Shown piece after piece: positions 1 to 13,233 of a stretch of DNA of 64,000 bases. This stretch comes from Tubulanus polymorphus (Eukaryota > Animalia > Nemertea). Position numbers and translations under genes: made by a program. Numbering within the stretch: position 1 is the first letter of the stretch; every line of letters begins with the position of its first letter. The notes beneath the pieces were generated by a model that was not told where the DNA came from, searched no databases, and saw only the letters and a program-made list of their open reading frames with translations. Location: the NCBI RefSeq assembly GCF_964204645.1, contig NC_134028.1:9176001-9240000 (forward strand), written 5' to 3'.

Positions 1-1898
1 TTTTCAAATCTCAATTATTCAAACGACTGTTCAAAACTTTGCAATTATGGTTACAATATTATTATCCTCTACTTATTGCCGTATTTACAATTCATCTAGA
101 AGTCTTTACAAATCTGCCACCAGACGCATAATAACATCAGATGATGTAATGCCCTGATAAGGTCACCCGACGGAAATCACCCTTGCTTGCTTGCCAGGGT
201 TTGGTTGCCTCCCGGCGAAGCTGAATAGATCAGCTTTAAACGGGTTTTTATACTCCCGAATCTTAATACGTTTATACTTGTATTATCATGCGAGCTATCA
301 AATACAATATATAGTTTAGTGTAGTTTCCAATCATAATCATGGGGTACCAGCAGTGCTACTGTGGCAATCGAGGATTCCACGGTACGGCAGGCGAGGATC
401 TACAAGGTTCCACATTTCAATTAAATCTGAATGAACTTATCTCTGAAATGAATCAATTATCTATGAAAGCTATCCGATATCCGACTAGAAGAATGAAAGT
501 ATTGTATATTTGGTGGGTACTGTCAGTATACATGGATTGGGAGATCAAAAAATTCCAGTTCAAAGTTCATTGAAAATTAACTTATTTTGACAACGTAAGG
601 TTTAGGTTTAGGTTTATTTATTTCGCTCAAACCAAACATTGGTATATAGAGGTTACAAGAATTTGTACAATAAAATTTATAATTTACAAAACTTAAAAAC
701 AAGAAAACAGAGATACACATAGAATAGAATAATAATAGAGATAACAGATATGTATACGTGAATTTTACTTAAGTAGCTTGAGACCAGCATTTACAAGCGA
801 GTTTAATTAGGGTTTTCTGTTATTTCACAGAAAACCCTATTGATATCCGCGTGATTATTATTATTATTATTTTCTTCCACACTATTTTTACCAAAAGAAC
901 ATAGGCTTTGTTACCTTACCATATACAATCCATATAATATCGTTCAGCTCAATGAGATCTACAAATAGCCCGCGTGTTTTTTCACGAATCATCGTTACAA
1001 AAGCGCTGTCGGGCTGTAAACATCGAAAATTTAGCCCCATTCAATGGGGCGACATGTTTTTCGAGTCGTCATCCCGAAATCAACCCGCAGGCCGACTGTC
1101 ACTTCGATTATCAATTCAAGTATAAATGAACTAATTTATTGCCGCAGACTTCACATTCAGTCGCGGTCTTCAAACAGTGATTTTAACAATAGCCCATTTT
1201 CCTCATCAAATCATATTACCGATACACTGGAAATTTACTACTTTAGATTTTAAAAGCACTGTCGAGCCGTTAACATCGACGAATCGACGTGTGTTACTAC
1301 ATCGACGTTCCGGGGATGAGCTGCGAGTTTCTCCTCATCATGAGAATCGAATCGAGTACAAATTAATTTATTACTACCAGTGATTTGGCTGCGGGTTTCA
1401 AGGAGTTAGTTTAACAATACCTATTTTTCTTTACCGAATTAACCGTGTATTTACTAAGATAAATCTTTAGTGTACCGGGGAATCGTAGGCCTAAACTAAA
1501 CAGGCCGAAGAGATATGGCGGAGAAAAGCTGTTATGTCGACGAGGTATCAAAATAAAAGAATATATTACTTTATTCGGCCGCGGGCTTCAACCATTTATC
1601 AATACTCTATATTTCCTACACTACATACCGATCATTGTCAAATGCACAAGGTATTTACTAAATACAAGTATATAACACACTCCTATCCGTATGCTGGACT
1701 CACACTTGACATTCGGAGTAAGCGTTCGCTGTGGGGGAAAGGAGATCGTTCGCTGTGTCGCTTGAAGTGTTTATCGAGTTTTACGCGACCTTAAGGCTTT
1801 AGTATGGTGGCTGATAAGATAAAAAAAACACGAATATGCAAATGAGGGCGACATAACGACAAAACGACAAAACTAAAATAACGCGAGAAAACAATGAT

Positions 1899-2928
1899 TT
1901 TGATTTTGTCGCCCGCGACAATTCATTATTTTAGTTTTGTCACACGCGACAATTCAATATTTTGGTTTTATCGCCCGCGACAATTCATTATTTTGGTTTT
2001 ATCGCTTGCGACAATTCATTATTTTGGTTTTGTCGCCCGCGAAAATTCAATATTTTGGTTTTATCGCCCACGACAATTCACTACTTTGGTTTTATCGCCA
2101 GCGACAATTCATTATTTTGGTTTTGTCGCCCGCAACAATTCTTCTTTTTGGTTTTGTCGCCCGCGACAATTCATTATTTTGGTTTTATATTTTGTTTTTG
2201 TCGCCCGCGACAATTTTTTTTTGGTTTTCTCGCCCGCGACAATTCAATATTTTGGTTTTATCGCCTGCGACAATTCAATATTTTGGTTTTATCGCCCGCG
2301 ATAATTCATTATTTTGGTTTTGTCGCCCGAGACAATTCATTATTTTGGTTTTATCACCGGCGACAATTCATTATTATGGTTTTATCGCCGGCGACAATTC
2401 ATTATTTTGGTTTTGTCGCCCGCGACAATTCACCATTTTGGTTTTGTCACCCACGACAATTCATTATTTTGGTTTTATCGCCCGCGACAATTCATTATTT
2501 TGGTTTTATCGCCCGCGACAATTCATTAGTTTGGTTTTGTCGCCCGCGACAATTCAATATTTTGGTTATATCGCCCACGACAATTCATTACTTTGGTTTT
2601 ATCTCCAGCGACAATTCATTATTTTGGTTTTGTCGCCCGCGACAATTCTTCTTTTGGTTTTGACGCCCGCGACAATTCATCATTTTGGTTTTATATTTTG
2701 TTTTTGTTGCCCGCGACAATTTTTTTTGTGGTTTTGTCGCCCGCGACAATTCATTATTTTGGTTTTATCGCCCACGACAATTCAATATTTTGGTTTTATC
2801 GCCCACGATAATTCATTATTTTGGTTTTATTGCCCGCGACAATTCATTATTTTGGTTTTGTTGCACGAGACAATTCATTATTTTGGTTTTATCGCCCGCG
2901 ACAATTCATTATTTTGGTTTTGTCGCCC
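1899..2928. repeat. 31-bp tandem minisatellite, consensus ATTCATTATTTTGGTTTTATCGCCCGCGACA (about 33 copies)
   Basis: Directly visible 31-bp period (e.g. 1921 to 1952); it explains the overlapping low-complexity ORFs in all three frames. Confidence 0.95.
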
Positions 2929-2930
2929 GA

Positions 2931-4060
2931 AGAAAATTTTGAAGACGCTTTGATCTTTCGTTTATATTTGAATCTACCAAAGGCCCATCAGCATAAGAAA
3001 ATTGGGTCGATCTGACTCATGATGGCCGTCCTATGACCTTTTTAGTGCCCAAAAATGTCAATTTTGGCCAGAATTCTAGGTCCTGTAGCTTCCTTCTGGT
3101 TTGCCATTTCTCATTGCAATTGCTGATGGATATTCTTTAGAGAGGGATGTTATATACCTGGGACAGGTATTTTTGATCAGCCAATTATGACGCAATTGGC
3201 AGCCATCTTGGTGTCATCAGTACTCATTCGTAGGTGGGAAAAAGTTTTTCCACAATTAATTGATACCTAAGCATATTGTGTTACTATATTCAATTGAAAA
3301 GTTGTAGCCCATAACGTGTTCCATGATTTTGGTGAGTTTCAAGGTCATTGGTTTTTGTATGTGGCCATCAGGGGGCGTTGAATAATACAATAACTTAGTA
3401 TCGCTATATTATATTTGTACCAAGGCATATTTTGTTACCATGATCAATGGCAAAGTTGTAGTTCATGACATCGTCTTTGATTGTGGTGAGTTTTTAAGGA
3501 CATTAGTTATTCCATATAGTCACCAGGGGGCGTTGAATAGTAGAAAAGCTTAGTTTTTCCTTATTAGATTGGTACCTAGGCATAGTTTGTTACCATGATC
3601 CATTGCAAAGTTGTAGTTCATGACATCGTCTATGATTGTGGTGAGTTTTTAAGGACATTAGTTATTCCATATAGTCACCAGGGGCGTTGAATAGTAGAAT
3701 GACTTAGTATTTCCTTATTAGATTGGTACCTAGGCATATTTTGTTACTATGATCAATTGCAAAGTTGTATTTCATGACATGTACTACGATTGTGGTGAGT
3801 TTTAAGGTCATTGGGTTTTGCATATGGTCACCAGGGGGCGTTGAATAGTAGAATAACTTAGTAGGTCCATATTAAATTGGTAACGAGGCATATTTTGTTA
3901 TCACAATCAATTACAAAATCATAGCTGCTCATATGTTCTTTGATTGTGGTGGGTTTCAAGGTCATTGGTTTTTGTATATGGTCACTAGAGGGCGTTATGT
4001 ATTGAAATTGTTAGATTGTTGAGCATTTGAAACCACTGCACAAGTCCCTGGACCCCTAGT
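2931..4060 (+). mobile_element. Helitron/Helentron-like fragment with ~154-bp internal tandem repeats, interrupting the 31-bp array
   Basis: The ggcgtt motif recurs at 3376, 3531, 3685, 3839 and 3993 (period 154-155); the segment ends in CTAGT at 4060, where the 31-bp array resumes. Related pieces lie at ~14170-14400, ~30060-30300, ~42180-42930 and inverted at ~45240-45600. Confidence 0.6.
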
Positions 4061-4365
4061 TTGGTTTTGTCGCCCGCGACAATTCATTATTTTGGTTTTG
4101 TCGCACGCAACAATTCAATAATTTGTTTTTGTCGTCCGCGACAATTCATTATTTTGGTTTTATCGCCTGCAACAATTCAATATTTTGGTTTTAACGCCCA
4201 CGACAATTCATTATTGTGGTTTTATCGCCCGCGACAATTCATTATTTTGGTTTTATCGCCCGCGACAATTCATTATTTTTTCGTTTGTCGTCCGTGACAA
4301 TTCAATATTTTGGTTTTGTCACCCGCGACAATTCATAATATTGGTTTTGTCGCCCGTGGTTTTGT
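4061..4365. repeat. Continuation of the 31-bp minisatellite (about 9 copies)
   Basis: Same unit as 1899-2928. Confidence 0.93.
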
Positions 4366-6445
4366 CGGAACATTAAGTTTTTGGTCGAACAGTGTGTTAA
4401 GGTTGTTTTGGAAATTTACTCGGTCTGGTATATTTTGGATTACTGTGTATGTCATTTGTCAGGACATTTAACAGAAGACGACTTAAGATACTACCTTGCG
4501 TGACTCCACTAGTTAGACCGTCTCATTCCAAGATGAGGCGTTCCGTTGATTTCGGTTACAAGTTTCCGTTCAGAGATAACTGCTGTGCCATTTGGGCGAC
4601 CTATCATTGATACTGTTTCCTAATAGCCTGTTCAGTAATGGCTGATGTTGAGCCTTATCAAATGCTTTGTTGAAATCCACCGTTGAACAGGATTCTAAGA
4701 CTGTGCTGAAAACCCGTTATCGCTGCTTTGCAGCTATATTTAATATATTGTTATTTACAGCATTAAGTAATTGTGACATTTTAAAAAGTGTTGGGTCTAT
4801 TTACATAAAAAGGTGTTAGGAAAGCTCTTCGTATATTGTTTAGTTTGGAACATTCAAAAAGAAAATGGAATTCATCGCCGATTTTGTTAAGACTAACGAT
4901 TTCGTCAAATTGGCGATCTCCGCGATTAGATTTTCTAGTACATCCAGTTTATCGAGCTTCTTTAGTTGGCTAAATATTTCCGAAATCGCCGAATGTACAT
5001 CCAACTCGTCTTGCGATTGATTTTTATTCTTGGCTCGCAGCTTTGTATCTGGTGAAGACGTAATAGATTTCGTGGTTGGTGCATTGTATCTGTAGTTGTC
5101 GTGTTGAAATATTGAGAGTACTGCTCGTCACGCCATCTGGTGGGATAGCTGAATTCGCAGGTTCCCCGTTGATCTATTTAAGATCTTAATTGAACTGTTG
5201 AATGCCAACGGAATAACTTCAAGCGAACCTGGACGAACTTCGGTTCATCGGAGTTAGTCGACTTTTGCGAACTAAACGAATGTCAGTTATTAGTCGGAAA
5301 TATAGTTAGCCCGGAAAAAGTGTGAACGCGGCGCGGAAGATCGGACCCGTTACAAGATGGCAGATTTCAAATGCGTTGAAACCGAAAATGCGTTCGATTA
5401 TCAGCTCCCACCACTAGTCGATTACGTATGAAAACCGAAGGGGGATCCTCAATCAGTATAACCGTTTGAGGGGTGAATATAGTCCAATTGAACGCAAGAT
5501 CTGGGGCCGGTTCATAGACTGGTATTATCTTAAACCCGGGCACTAACTCAATTTATTTTCGATTGAGTTAACCCCTACGGGTTAAGATAATGATATTCAT
5601 CATAAACGGAAAATTCTATCGAATATATAATAACTGACCGTTAGCGAAAATCGATATCTCTAGACACTCAGCAGAAAATGGAGAGGAATTTCGGCGGAAT
5701 ACATTTCGGTTACGTTACCACTTGTCAAATATTTGAATAATGTTACTATGGACATTCGACGGAGATTTAAAATGCGAACCCTTTTCGGACAAACCTTTAA
5801 ACCATTCCCTGAAAACGCTCGAAATTTGCAAGAAATTATCCTCTCTGTCAGGTACCAGGTGAAAACTTGCGTAGTTCAGATGTATATTAGTGACTGTCAT
5901 ATTCGGAGAGGATTATAGTCGACTTGTCGCGATTAGTATCGATAATATATGACTAGTAACAACTATATAAACAACAGATTTCGGGTCGTCTGCTATTCAA
6001 GTTTCACGCGTCGAAAAGCGTTCACCTGAATTCAAAATGAAGGTAAGAAAAACAGAATAACAGATTGCACTTTATGGTACCAGTTGGAATTCGACCGCTA
6101 GCAGTCTACCGACTACTGTCTGTCACACCACCTCTCCGTGCGACGTTTTGGTCCGTAATTTCGTTAATAATGTACCGATTTACCTTATTCATACATCAAT
6201 GTCTTCAGTAAAAGATTTGCATTCAGAAATATATCATTTTCTTCGTCAAATCTGTCTTTGTTGTTGTTTATCGACAAATATTTACGCAGCATACGACCGC
6301 ATAATGCTTCAGCGCTGATGTCGCGAGCGCAGTTCCGGCTCACTGCGCACGCGCATAATCCTACATAGCAACGGCCGATAGGTGGCGGAGAGCGCCGATT
6401 ACAAAAGAGTGCAGAAAAGAAATAGAAAATGGGTAAAACGGCGAC

Positions 6446-6765
6446 TAATGTCTATTTCAACCTGACTTGAGAGCATCCCGAGTGGCCAAGCTCGCTCATT
6501 TTTGGTAGTACATAGCAGAGAAAGGTCTTAGTAGGACCAGAAAGGTCAGGCAGTCGACCTAAATCATCATTTTTTAATCCATTTGAAACTGTATTGAAGG
6601 ATATCCAAAAAGTCTTCACTGAAAGGGGTTCATGAGAGAAAAGAGACTCCATGATTTGAAAGTTTAACAATATGTTTCCATGCCTACCAACTGAAGTTTG
6701 GTATGTAGGCATGGAAACATATTGTTAAACTTTCAAATCATGGAGTCACTTCTCTTCATTTAATT
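6446..6765. mobile_element. Truncated copy of the foldback MITE seen complete at 49311-49815
   Basis: taatgtctatttcaacctgacttgagagcat... matches the 49.3 kb element; includes the central palindrome but lacks most of the second arm. Confidence 0.8.
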
Positions 6766-6974
6766 TTTTTTATTAACTTGACGATCTCAATACATAAAAA
6801 TGCTAGACTCAATAGTGCCTTACATATTCATTTCATTTCCTGCGTCGACGACGTGTTTGTAACGAGTAACGAATGACAAAATTATCTTGGTTCCAAATCG
6901 CTGGGCTAACGTAAAGTTAAATATCAAACCTCGTATTAATTATGCGTGATTTTTCACCTGTATCATTCCAGAAT

Positions 6975-7490
6975 AAAGAAGTTTCCAGTTTCTAGGCGCC
7001 ATTTTGTGGCGGTCACTCGAGGTCCCCCTTGTTGCGATAATTTGCGCTCATTTTTAAAACATAAGTTTTGATTGAATATCATATAGTTCTGCAGTCCCTT
7101 GCTCAACGAAATTAATTTATACACCATTTTAAAGGAAATGAAATGCAGATATTTGCTGGCGATTCTTGGAATTTTTGAACGCAACAATTGAGAACAGTGA
7201 CGATGTGAAACCAAGGACCGCATATCTTAACCACGCGTAAAAGAAATCGCAATATTTATTAATTTTGAAATATCTAATATCTCTTGAAGCTATATTTCCA
7301 ATTTTCACAGAGGTTAAAGTGGGTTATTTGCAGTGTTGCCTGCGTTGAACTTTTGTATCTTTCCTGACGACTGATCTGTACCTGCTTGAGTTTGAGATTA
7401 CGCGCAAAAGGGGTCTCCAACTGCGCACCGCCATTTCACTGAACATTGAGAGGCGCCACAAAATGGCGCCTAGAAACTGGAAACTTCTTT
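6975..7490. mobile_element. MITE with 37-bp terminal inverted repeats
   Basis: aaagaagtttccagtttctaggcgccattttgtggcg at 6975 and its reverse complement ending at 7490; a second copy in opposite orientation at ~54130-54605. Confidence 0.8.
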
Positions 7491-8983
7491 GGGTTCACGA
7501 GGTAGTTAGAAGACAAACCAGACCACACTTTCCGTCATCGTCGCAGTGTCAATGCCCGTGTGCATGTGGATCCAATACACAGCGAAGTAAAGAGTGGATA
7601 AAAGGGCATTTGTCAAGATCGGGATAAATCTGTTCCATCTGTTATTGGCACATGTTGCGACGATGGTTTATCATCATACTGCTCATTGACGGGCATTTAT
7701 CATTTGATTAGCTTAGATTGAAAAAATAAAAATTATTGAATGCAATACATCGTCGGTTTCAAACTGTATCAAAGTGTGCCTAATATTCGTTTTTATGATT
7801 ATCTAATATTAATAACCTCTATCACAAGAGTGATATAAAGACATGTCGTTCAAGCATATGTATTTGAAATATGAAATTGCTTGAAGGACAGGTCTTTAGA
7901 TAATTTATTTTTCATAATTTGTTAAGCTACCGCGTCAAGCCCCTTTTGGTAGGCTCACATAAACCTCGCATACCTACAACCTAACGCACCCTAGTGGACA
8001 TCATCATTCGTATTAAACAGAGTACGATCCTCGGATACAACGGTCACACATGACCATCATAGGCACAAACCAACGAGTAAGCCATGGGCGCAATATGAAC
8101 ACTTCATATTGAGGGAGACCAAAACCTGAAGCAGTACAGTATTCAAAGGTCAGTGAGATGACGGAAAGAATGGTGCGACGTGACTTCAGAATGAAATAGC
8201 AAGACTATAAATGCCTTAAGGTGAAACGGCATGAGATGAGGTCGCGAGTTATGACTTCAAAATAGAATGGCGTGAGATGACCTCAAAAGTTTGCCCCTAA
8301 AGATGAAAGTTACGAACTGTTTTGATCTTTATTAACAAATTCGAATTGTCTATCAAATCCGTTCTTCTAAGAATACCGCAAAAAATATCGACACCGAAAA
8401 TTCTTCACAAAATCATCCTAAGTATCAATAAATTGATATGAACTAGGAATCCAGATACCTCGGTAGCGTTACCCAGAGCTGCAGGTCAATTTCAGTTTTA
8501 AGGATCACTAGTATTTTGTATGAAGTACAATTCACCTAGTATTCAACTCTTCATCTTACCTAATTCACACCTAACAACACAAACTGTCGAAAATATTCAA
8601 CTGAGTTCAATAATAGATAAATTATTAGATAACCACACTGACCAGGCAAACTGTGTGACTCTATGTGTCACTACAGAGCTGCGGTGTGGTGACTAGGTTG
8701 ACATGCTAATGGTCACTGGTTAGGTATAATCAAGGCTATGGTACAGCTATTAAAGTGGGCCAGGTTTATGCTCTTCGCAGGAAAATTTCTGATTCTAGTC
8801 AGATTAACTGTAGGTACAATTAATTCTGATTTCTTAAATCTCTGATTCAAATAACGTTATCATATCGGCACAGTAGTTCTTGCGTGTCTCCGATATGCTG
8901 CAATTCCTACAATAAATGCTTAGTAAAATCAATCCAAATTTATTGAGTGAACGCCAACGATTCACGCTGTGACGGCTAATATC

Positions 8984-10582
8984 TATGGTGGCTGATTCGG
9001 GCCAAGTTAAAAAGAATTTCGTGCGATAATCCGCGCAAAAAATATATTGCTTCGTTTCTGCGTCCGTTTCTGCGCGCCGCAGATACGTTTCTTCACGACG
9101 ATTTCTCGTTTTGGCGACCCGCCGAAATGAACTTCGTTTCTTCGCCGCGAAGAAACGAATTTTACCGCGCAGAAACGCTCCAAAATGCGCGCAGAAACGA
9201 ACCTTTTTCTTCACGCGTTTCTTCACGGTGATTTCTTGTTTCGGCGCCCCGCCGAAACGAACTTCGTTTCTTCGCGGCGAAGAAACGAATTTTACCGCGC
9301 AGAAACGCTCCAAAACGAGCGCAGAAACGAACCTTCGTTTCTGCGCCCGTTTCTGCGCGTTTCTTCACGGTGATTTCTTGTTTTGGCGCCCCGCCGAACT
9401 TCGTTTCTTCGCCCGTTTCTTCGCCGCGAAGAAACGAATTTTACCGCGCAGAAACGCGCAAAAACGAGCGTAGAAACGAATTTTCGTTTTAGCGCCCGTT
9501 TTGGCGCGTGTCTGCGCGGTAAAATTCGTTTCGGTGCGGTAACATTGCTGTTTTACGACGCGATGCAGTTCCGAGGCCAAATACGAAAATAATCAAAAAT
9601 CATCGAATACTTCTTAGATCAGCTTTCTCACTAACAATTGATTAACTAATGAGAAAAGTTGGTTCGAATTTGATTGAATTGAAGCGGGAAATTGAAGCAA
9701 GGAAACCCAGTGCCACTAGCGATCCTAGTGGATCATCGCTTGCCACAGCAGCGATGCCGGTATCCCATTGATTGAGTTTAGTTTTTTCCAATTAAACTTC
9801 CTTTAATCGATGGTTTATTGATTCTCTGCTGAAGCCAGTTAAATGAATCATTTGCAAATGAACAAATTCAAATGCATTTTATTCCTACTAATTGACGTAG
9901 AGGCGGCAACTAGTACGTTGAAATATTTGAGTTAACAATTACTAAAATTGAAGATAATTTTACTTTACTAATCTTTCAATTTATTGTCAAAAATATTTGG
10001 CGATAATATTCGATTTCGGGAACAGATACGCCCAGCTTGGTAAAGTAAAGGGCACTTTAGTAGGCTGCGATTAGAATGAATTATTGAACTTTGGAAATAA
10101 CCTTACAACGTCACGTGCCGTTGTGATCTACTTATCGAGAATACACGTGCCATCGGGACTGCACCACGTGGTAAAACAGAAATATTAACGCGCAGAAACG
10201 AAACGGACGAAGAAACGAAGTTCGTTTCGGCGGGTCGCTGACACGAGAGATCACCGCGAAGAAACGCGCCAAAACGGGCGCATAAACAAAGGTTCGTTTC
10301 TGCGCTAGTTTTGGTGCGTTTCTGCGCTGTAGAATTCGTTTCTTCGCGGCGAAGAAACGGGCGAAGAAACGAAGTTCGTTTCGGCGGGTCGCCAAAACGA
10401 GAAATCACCGCGGAGAAACGCGCAGAAACGGGTGAAGGTTGGTTTCTGCGCCCGCTTTGGTGCGTTTCTGCGCGGTAAATTTTGTTTCTTCGGCTCGCAG
10501 AAACGAAGCAATACATTTTTTCCGCGGCATATTGCGCGGAATTTTTTTTTTGTTTCTAACTTGGCCCGAATCAGCCACCATA
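8984..10582. mobile_element. IS3EU-like non-autonomous DNA transposon (foldback-type, repeat-rich arms)
   Basis: TIR TATGGTGGCTGATTCGGGCCAAGTT at both ends; perfect 6-bp TSD AATATC (8978-8983 and 10583-10588); arms built of CGTTTC/GAAACG motifs around a unique core (~9540-10185). TAY..RTA ends with a 6-bp TSD are the IS3EU signature. Confidence 0.85.
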
Positions 10583-11217
10583 AATATCAGCGCGGAAGAA
10601 TACTATGTTGAACACATCTTCACCCGTCAAGGGATTCGAACCCGCTACGCTAAAGCTGTTCCCCGAAACCCTTGACTTCACGAGTCGTTGGAGTCGTCAC
10701 TAGCCGACCAGAATCCGGTCGTACCAATCACAGCGCTTGTAACAAACCGTCAGTAGTCTTCTGTTGGTTTTTCCGTTAAATTGACCAATCAGCGAACGTT
10801 TTACCGAACAAGGAAGTATTTCGCAAATCGATATGACGTCACGCGCAACAGCGCCAGTAATGAAATCACGCTTCGTGAGGCCAGGGGGCTGGTGGAAGCG
10901 AGTTCGGGAGTGATACCGGACCCCTGGCAAGCGAGGATGTGTTTAACACAACGTAGTGTAATCTTTATAAAGCTATGAGAGAGACGAGGGTGACTGTGCA
11001 CCTTAACGCATGGTTTGTTTCTGTTGCGTGAAAGCAATACATCTTTATCTAATTGATTCGTCCGAATCGCTTTCAAGACCCACCCTTCAATTGCAAGAAC
11101 ATTCGGCTCGAGTAGGGTATTGCATAGTTCCCACGCGTATGCTTACTACGTTGTTCGGTTTATGTGTGTCCCAAAGAAAGTTGTCATGTCGACACATTCA
11201 CATCGCCAGCCATTTAC

Positions 11218-11481
11218 ATTCCATGTGTCAACGTGTCGACGTATCTACCAACCAACAAATTAACTATTAACGATCTATTAACCTCATACACCAAACACAC
11301 CACGTGACCAAACACATGATGAACCCGTGACACCGCCAGCTATTAACACTCCGGCCAACATTCCATGTGTCAACGTGTCGACGTGTCTACCCACACAGAC
11401 AAATATGAATTAATTATTAACAATCCATTAACACCATACACCAAACACAACACGTGATCAAACACATGATAAACACGTGAC
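11218..11481. repeat. Two-copy direct repeat, period ~142 bp
   Basis: attccatgtgtcaacgtgtcgacgt...accaaacac...aaacacatgat present at 11218 and 11360. Confidence 0.8.
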
Positions 11482-13199
11482 AATCATACACTACATCCAA
11501 TCGTTCATGCCATACCACACTATAGCCATGGCCACTTCTAGAGAACAAGCTAAGAATTTAAGAATATTATTTGCAGGTTTCGTTGCTCTAACCATACCCT
11601 ATCTATAGAAGTTGGTAGTTACCAACATATCCCAAGGGAGGACAGACTGTGCACGGTATGCTAGCTTGCTGTTGTTTGTGATGAATACCACTTCATCTTG
11701 GTATGCCCTTTTTGGAAAATACTAGGCAGACCTACATCAAAGAATACTATAGGAGTAACCCAGGTGAAGTGAAATTTCAAAAACTGTTGAATTCCTCTGG
11801 TAAGACACGTTTGTCTCTTGTTAATTACATAAGAAAAGGCATGGCCTTTTATTAAATAACATATATAGTGACATAATCATGATGTTTTCTCACTGTCGAT
11901 TTATGTACACCTAAGCCTGTCATTTTCCTGTATTGTTTTCTTTTTTGACGCCTTATAAAACGTTACCATTATGAAACCTAAACAATGTTTACCATTCAGC
12001 GTCATTTTACAAACGACAGCCGTAAATCGATGTGCAAAACGTCACAGGTCTATGTGTACACAAATAAGCTATCTGGCAAAATATTATTGACATAGATGTA
12101 GAATGGCTTCCTTTGATTATATAATGACCTATATTTGAACGTCGAAATGTTATATTGCATTGAATATCATAAGAAGACGTATTGTAATAGTAAAGGATGT
12201 ATGATTATATCAGAAGCGGCAGGCATAAATAGAAATGATAAGTAAATCGGATTATTCGGTTAAAGGGCGGATGTATACACGATTTGGAAGTCCGATATAA
12301 AAGTCAGACCCTGACGTGGGCATGCCGGTGGAATGACGAAGCTATCTACGATGTGTGTAGGGCCGGCGTGAATTTCATCAGCGGCTACAAGCGGTCAATA
12401 TGAAAATGTGTAAACATATAATTTCAATATTCAAACGTTTTAGAAAATATGTTTGATATCAGGAGTATGCAGGTTTCGTGAGATTAGCAATTTGTAATAG
12501 CATAGCTATCATATACGGCTCCGCGTCCTCTGATGGCATGTGTATTAGGTGACAACTCAATCCAATTCTTTATTGATCCTTATTACATTGAAATTTCGGG
12601 ATAAAATTCCCAAATTCAATAAATACAAATTTTAAAATAAATTAATACAACATACATGACACACGGGTAATTCATACAGAACAACATAAGCATGTTATTT
12701 TAAATGACAATGTCTACTTCAACCCACCCAGACTCAAGACTCTAGGATATCGAGTGACAGCCAAACCCGTGGCCCGGGCCGGCTGGCTAGGCCACACGAT
12801 ATGCTCGAAGTCATGATGAAGCAGACATCAGAAGAGCTCGTTCTTCAACCATGGAGGCAATGAAGTTGCAGACCAGCTTAGAGGCATAAGTAAATGAAGT
12901 CGGTCGCAAGTTCGCGATCAATTATTGAGAATTTTCAATAAAAATATTTAAACCACTACTAGAGTCGAAGACCCGCTGTATCATCTACCCAATCGCCAAA
13001 TCTCATTATTCCCCAAATTTCTTAAAACGTCGATTTCAAATTTGCAATTCCACATGAGCTTAGCCCAGAAATTATACATTTTTTTCGCAGGCGTCAAATA
13101 ATTTTCTAAAATTAATTTTCTTGTTTCGTATTTATCTGCTCTGTGCAAAAATGTCTTTTGTTGAGAAAAAAACTTGAATTGAATTGAACTAACTTATAA

Positions 13200-13233
13200 C
13201 ATAGAACTCAAATCATTTTATTTGAGTTCTATG
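13200..13233. mobile_element. 34-bp P-element-like remnant or excision footprint
   Basis: CATAGAACTCAAAT-catttt-ATTTGAGTTCTATG flanked by the 7-bp direct repeat CTTATAA (13193-13199 and 13234-13240). Confidence 0.7.

Larger units (their letters stand above)
1803..4365 (+). mobile_element. Truncated IS3EU-like non-autonomous DNA transposon carrying a 31-bp minisatellite
   Basis: Starts TATGGTGGCTGATAAG...ATGCAAATGAGGGCG, the same terminus as the elements at 8984 and 48152. No right TIR was found. Confidence 0.55.
808..4741 (+). mobile_element. Putative Helentron/HINE (DINE-1-like) non-autonomous element enclosing nested insertions
   Basis: 5' hairpin agggttttctgt-tatttc-acagaaaaccct followed by an (ATT)n microsatellite (~855-872). 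At ~4708-4741 a matching sub-terminal repeat gaaaaccc is followed by the stem-loop gctgc-ttt-gcagc and tatatt. Pairing these two ends into one element is inference. Confidence 0.45.

Noticed and set aside
596-615. Telomere-like TTAGG run
   Set aside because: Only two to three ggttta units next to tttattt; better explained as the tail of a minus-strand retroelement remnant.
1894-3015. Long hydrophobic ORFs (up to 338 aa) in three frames
   Set aside because: By-products of a stop-poor 31-bp repeat; the peptides cycle through the same three translations.
1899-4365. CRISPR-like regular ~31-bp repeats
   Set aside because: Units are contiguous with no unique spacers, there are no cas genes, and the context is eukaryotic.
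6452-7223. 86-aa ORFs recurring at 49549 and 54354
   Set aside because: They lie inside MITE copies and have no transposase motifs.
8150-8290. Recurring tgagatga motif
   Set aside because: Too degenerate to define a period or function.
8834-10675. Arg/Phe-rich ORFs on both strands
   Set aside because: Translations of the MITE's internal repeats; the same applies to 48132-48757.
10625-10715. Possible tRNA gene (B-box gcgggttcgaatccc on the minus strand)
   Set aside because: No cloverleaf could be built by eye; at most a tRNA-derived SINE head.
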